This document shows, in pieces, positions 60,404 to 64,000 of a DNA stretch of 64,000 nt (position 1 is its first letter; the number at the start of each line of letters is the position of its first letter). A program made the translations under genes and the position numbers. The DNA lies in IMG/VR virus record IMGVR_UViG_3300032138_000002, positions 64,001 through 128,000 of that record; one strand, given 5' to 3'. Source of the DNA: a virus. Its lineage: Duplodnaviria; Caudoviricetes. The notes under the pieces are model-generated. The model did not search any database, was not told the DNA's origin, and saw nothing but the letters and a program-made list of their open reading frames with translations.

Positions 60404-61775
60404 AGACTTCCTCGATGGACAAGATCGATAAGCCATTATTCACCGCAAATTTGTTAAGATCGCCGCCTTTTGTCATCGTCCCATCGTCATTCATAATTTC
60501 ACAAATAATAGCAGCCGGTTTAAGACCCGCTAGTTTCATTAATTCTACAGAGCCTTCCGTGTGCCCTCTGCGCTCCTTCAGGAGGCCGTCACGTGCCCTC
60601 AGGGGGAACAGGTGGCCTGGGCGTGTAAGGTCGTCAGGCTTTGACGTGGGGTCCAGCAATACTTGAAGAGTAACCAGCCGATCGTACACTGACATGCCCG
60701 TAGTTGTGCCGTGCTTTGGGGCACCATCAACCGATACGGTAAACGGAGTTTCGTTAGCATCCGTATTATTCTCAACCATGGGTGGAATTTCCAAACGCTT
60801 AAGATCGGCGTCCGTCATGGGCACACACATCAACCCCTTCGCTTTATTCATGGTAAAAACAAGGTTTTCGACGGATGCGCGTTCGGCAGCGATCACAATA
60901 TCCCCCTCATTTTCGCGATCATATTCATCCACCAAAATAATTGGTTTCCCTTGTCTAAGTTCTTCGAGGGCGTTTTGCATTTTTCTGCTTTTAATCATTT
61001 CATTTTCCTTTGTAGCTGATTTGGCAATAAAAATGTCTACTTTGCTAGACATTTTTTTAATTTCTAACCATGTTTCAAATTCGGCGAGGCTTTCTGGAGT
61101 GTCCATCGATCTCATTTCTAGAATATTGTAATCGAAGATATTCTTACCGGCTGCAATTGCTTCATTAAAAACTGGTGAAATATAAAATTCGTTATTAACA
61201 CGAATATTTTTGGTGATCATGGAATTGGCAAATTCTATAAAATCGGATCCGTGGCGCCAATAAAAGGCGCCCGCCAAGGCTGTTGTAGAAATAACTTCCT
61301 TTTCAGCTACTCGATTTACGCGGCCACCATCACCAACCTCGGCATAACTCCATGATTTATTTCCGCTCTTATCATTAAAAGTAAAAATCATTCCGTCGAT
61401 GTCTGGATTGTTGATTGTTGTAGTAAATGTTTCCGTTTCCCAGAGGAAATAGTTATCACAATTGACAATCATTAGCTCTTCGTCGTTGTCGATATGGCGC
61501 GCCGCTAACAATGCTGTACAAGCTTGGCCGTCGGTTATACCATCTGCTACCACAAGTCGGCAATCGGGGACAATTTGTTTCAGTGTTTGATCGATATGAT
61601 ATTTATCGATATGTTCTTTCTGTACAATAAAAATATATTGCCCCTCTATGTTTAAACTCTCCACAACGCGTTGTATCATTGGTTCGCCGGCGATGTCGAT
61701 TAGGGGCTTAGGTAAACTATACCCCACTTCTTTAAAACGCTTTCCGGCGCCTGCCATTGGTATTAATATATTCAC
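60375..61775 (-). CDS. ribB: Nucleotidyltransferase fused to 3,4-dihydroxy-2-butanone-4-phosphate synthase (RibB); GTG start re-called to 61775
   Basis: N-terminal LIPMAGAGKRF...PKPLI; C-terminal RENEGD, GLMCVP, FTVSVD, TTGMS..DR, RPGHLFPL, RRGHTEGS, ICEI. Confidence 0.9.
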   Translation of the reverse strand: MNILIPMAGAGKRFKEVGYSLPKPLIDIAGEPMIQRVVESLNIEGQYIFIVQKEHIDKYHIDQTLKQIVPDCRLVVADGITDGQACTALLAARHIDNDEELMIVNCDNYFLWETETFTTTINNPDIDGMIFTFNDKSGNKSWSYAEVGDGGRVNRVAEKEVISTTALAGAFYWRHGSDFIEFANSMITKNIRVNNEFYISPVFNEAIAAGKNIFDYNILEMRSMDTPESLAEFETWLEIKKMSSKVDIFIAKSATKENEMIKSRKMQNALEELRQGKPIILVDEYDRENEGDIVIAAERASVENLVFTMNKAKGLMCVPMTDADLKRLEIPPMVENNTDANETPFTVSVDGAPKHGTTTGMSVYDRLVTLQVLLDPTSKPDDLTRPGHLFPLRARDGLLKERRGHTEGSVELMKLAGLKPAAIICEIMNDDGTMTKGGDLNKFAVNNGLSILSIEEVYEAAYNESL

Positions 61776-61777
61776 TT

Positions 61778-62659
61778 TTATTCCCACTCCGTTTGAAGGG
61801 CTATAGCACTGTCCCATAACTCATTTTTTATTAGAAACCATTTCATCAGCAAAATACCATTGACAGCCAAATAATAAGGATACTTATGTAAATTTTTACT
61901 GCGTTCCTCCGGAGGTTTTGTTTTTTCGTTGCTCCGAAAATCATTCATTTTAGATTCGGGCCAGCCTGATGTCACTGTCTCCCTATATTCACTTCTCAAT
62001 TGCAAATAGTCTAACAACACTTTTTCATAAAGGCTGCAAAAAATATCCATGTTTTTGGAATTAGAATAGAACCACATATCCGCGGGCCCTTCATTGAAAA
62101 GATCCCAATCAGCTTGATATAAATAATTCATATCCAACGTCGGGTCAAAGTTGATACATTGACACGGAAAAGGATTTTGTTTTCCTGGGCCGCTCGTGGC
62201 GCGATTGATGCGACCTAAGTCGAAGCGTGCCTTAATAACACAGTCATATTTAAACCCTTGTTCTTTTTCATATTCTCGCTTAAGAACAAGCGACTGAGAA
62301 AGAGAATAATATTGACTTAACAACCTCTCTGGGCCCACGTACCCAGTACCAGAAGTCGACGTCATTGTCCAATTTCCCAAAAAATTATAGGGATCGATAT
62401 CTTCTCGACTTACCTCGTGTTCTTGAGCAATGGGTACAAAGTCAATTTGGGGCTCTATAATGTGTTTTCTAGGCTTATATAAATCAACTAGTTTCTCCTC
62501 TAGATGGGGCTCCCAATTGTGAAAGAACACATCAATTTCGCAATCCTCCGAGCCATGGCTAAGAATATGTTTCTTAATATATTCAAACCCATCCATGCCC
62601 CGGGAGGAACTATCTTTCAGGGAATCGAAATAACCCGATAAACAGAGAGCGATTTTCAT
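61778..62659 (-). CDS. Putative glycosyltransferase-like protein (MKIALCLSG type)
   Basis: KIALCLSG, DVFFHNW, SQYYS, YDCVIKARFD, ADMWFY; sugar-cluster context. Confidence 0.5.
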   Translation of the reverse strand: MKIALCLSGYFDSLKDSSSRGMDGFEYIKKHILSHGSEDCEIDVFFHNWEPHLEEKLVDLYKPRKHIIEPQIDFVPIAQEHEVSREDIDPYNFLGNWTMTSTSGTGYVGPERLLSQYYSLSQSLVLKREYEKEQGFKYDCVIKARFDLGRINRATSGPGKQNPFPCQCINFDPTLDMNYLYQADWDLFNEGPADMWFYSNSKNMDIFCSLYEKVLLDYLQLRSEYRETVTSGWPESKMNDFRSNEKTKPPEERSKNLHKYPYYLAVNGILLMKWFLIKNELWDSAIALQTEWE

Positions 62660-62685
62660 TGGTAAATGCCTTTTAGATAATAATC

Positions 62686-62713
62686 ATTATACCACAATTT
62701 GATTTTTTTTAAA
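62686..62713 (-). promoter_or_regulatory. Sigma70-type promoter TTTAAA-N16-TATAAT (TG extended) driving the sugar cluster
   Basis: Sense TGTGGTATAAT in the AT-rich gap upstream of 62659. Confidence 0.65.
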
Positions 62714-62725
62714 TACATTAATATT

Positions 62726-63736
62726 TTAAGTTTCATCTCGATCTATAGTGGTATCGGCGGGGGGTTTGACGGCCCGCACATAATAGGCAGGTCGGGTAGT
62801 AAATAAATCCGTTCCCATAGTTACGGTAATATCTTTAAAGCCGGCAATATAAAAATCTCTCAACAAATAGCGTGGATCTTCCACTCGGCAATTCATAGGA
62901 GCCTGTCCGTATTCTTTTTGCTGGCGCAAGCCCCATGTGCCCGTATAGCCGTTGCTTATTTCCATATCTATAAAATGGTGGGACACGATCCCCCCTGGCT
63001 TTAACACACGAAAGCTTTCTTCGATCAAAGACATCCGATTATAATAATCGGGAATGTGAATAAAGACTGCGGAAGACATGACAAAATCGTATTCTTCGGA
63101 CAGTGCCGGTTTTAAGTCCCAGCCACTGGTTTCAAAGCTTTGTGATTTGCCGGCGCCATGGATATCTTCGGCATATTTTTTACTATATATAATATTTTGT
63201 TCAGAGATGTCGCAGCCATCCACTCTTTCAAACTCAGCTATATCGAGCAAATTTTTAAGATTACGTCCGCAGCCACAGCCAACATCTAAAGCTTTTTTTC
63301 CCTTCCAACTGGGCGCATCAGAATATACATCCCCCAATAACACCGTCCAATATTCTCTATCCTCATCCCGTTCCTTGTGATTTCCGACTGTCATTCCAGT
63401 GTGCTCGGCCTCAAAAAAACCTTTTTGGTAGGCGGTGTAGGTTTCTATATTGGGGGCGCCGGTTGTTTCTATCCAATCGAGGGCGAAGTATTCACCCACC
63501 GTTACCCCCTCGTCGACCAAATCTTGGCGGAAGACATCTAAACTGCTTTGATAAGAAGCACCAAACACCTCGCTGAATATCCATATAACGCCGGGGCGGA
63601 GGGATAATCTCTGGGAGCGCATTTCCATGCGGATGTCTTTGTAATTTGTATATATTGTAGTATCCGGCTTCCCAAAGTTTTTTTCATCATTGCAATAGAT
63701 TTCATAACCCTTCATTACGTCTGGAAGATGGTTCAT
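62726..63736 (-). CDS. Class I SAM-dependent methyltransferase with an unknown N-terminal extension
   Basis: ALDVGCGCGRN, GCDIS, YDFVMS...FIH, RVLKPGG. Confidence 0.85.
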   Translation of the reverse strand: MNHLPDVMKGYEIYCNDEKNFGKPDTTIYTNYKDIRMEMRSQRLSLRPGVIWIFSEVFGASYQSSLDVFRQDLVDEGVTVGEYFALDWIETTGAPNIETYTAYQKGFFEAEHTGMTVGNHKERDEDREYWTVLLGDVYSDAPSWKGKKALDVGCGCGRNLKNLLDIAEFERVDGCDISEQNIIYSKKYAEDIHGAGKSQSFETSGWDLKPALSEEYDFVMSSAVFIHIPDYYNRMSLIEESFRVLKPGGIVSHHFIDMEISNGYTGTWGLRQQKEYGQAPMNCRVEDPRYLLRDFYIAGFKDITVTMGTDLFTTRPAYYVRAVKPPADTTIDRDET

Positions 63737-64000
63737 TATCTCACCTTTTTCCTGGTTAAAAACAAGTCGAACTCTCTTAAATCTCGATAGGGTGGATCCT
63801 CGGGAAGATCGTCCACAGTTTCAGGATAATTTTGCATTAACATAAGGCCTCGGGCTGCTTGTTCCGGAGTCATATACATATTCCAGCCTTCTTCTTCAAT
63901 CATATCCTCATGATAGGGGACTTCTGATCTTCCTTCATATCTGGCTTTGCGAAAATATTCTACGGCTTTTATGTCGTCAGTCAAGATCATTCCTCCTTTG
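63736..64000 (-). CDS. DegT/DnrJ/EryC1/StrS aminotransferase, C-terminal part (truncated by the window edge)
   Basis: KGGMILTDD...RYEGR...GWNMYMTPEQAARG; frame is open to the window end. Confidence 0.75.
   Translation of the reverse strand, partial: KGGMILTDDIKAVEYFRKARYEGRSEVPYHEDMIEEEGWNMYMTPEQAARGLMLMQNYPETVDDLPEDPPYRDLREFDLFLTRKKVR

Noticed and set aside
54686-61775. Reading cysC, the transaldolase-like gene and ribB as classical auxiliary metabolic genes for sulfur assimilation, pentose phosphate flux and riboflavin
   Set aside because: Each is fused or coupled to glycan-synthesis genes and lacks its usual pathway partners in this window; not fully excluded without the rest of the genome
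213-63380. Numerous 60-190 aa plus-strand ORFs and nested minus-strand ORFs in the track
   Set aside because: All overlap well-supported minus-strand genes; none shows a family motif or its own expression signals
1-64000. Stop-codon reassignment, as found in some jumbo phages
   Set aside because: Genes up to 9.7 kb are uninterrupted in code 11, and TAA, TAG and TGA all end genes at sensible boundaries
1-64000. Host assignment
   Set aside because: SD use and TATAAT boxes argue weakly against Bacteroidota, but nothing in the window identifies the host

Overview
This 64-kb window is part of a large, T4-like (myovirus-type) jumbo bacteriophage genome. About 50 tightly packed genes all lie on the minus strand and read cleanly in the standard bacterial code. 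In the direction of transcription (right to left) the modules are: (1) a ~10.7-kb sugar-nucleotide and modification cluster (DegT aminotransferase, SAM methyltransferase, nucleotidyltransferase-RibB fusion, kinase, two HAD phosphatases, divergent transaldolase-family enzyme, second nucleotidyltransferase, sulfotransferase, DUF2061-APS kinase, GDPD-like protein, RmlB); (2) FmdB zinc ribbon and a phage sigma factor; (3) a ~36-kb baseplate/tail module (gp5-like OB-fold plus amidase, spike, 2576-aa protein with a peptidoglycan-binding domain, gp25, gp6, 3221-aa gp7-like/LamG protein, tail-collar-like paralogs); (4) RuvC-like resolvase, primase and a fused SbcD-SbcC; (5) holin/spanin-like genes; (6) two S74-chaperone tail fibres; (7) small head-associated proteins, terminase large subunit and portal. 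The most interesting candidate system is a phage-encoded virion glycosylation pathway: an unusual NDP-sugar/sulfation cluster sits beside structural proteins that are selectively dense in [ST]-[GAS]-[ST] tripeptides. Two promoter classes, structured intergenic RNAs and probable prohead-protease-processed proteins are also visible. All family calls come from motif recognition by eye; no database searches were run.
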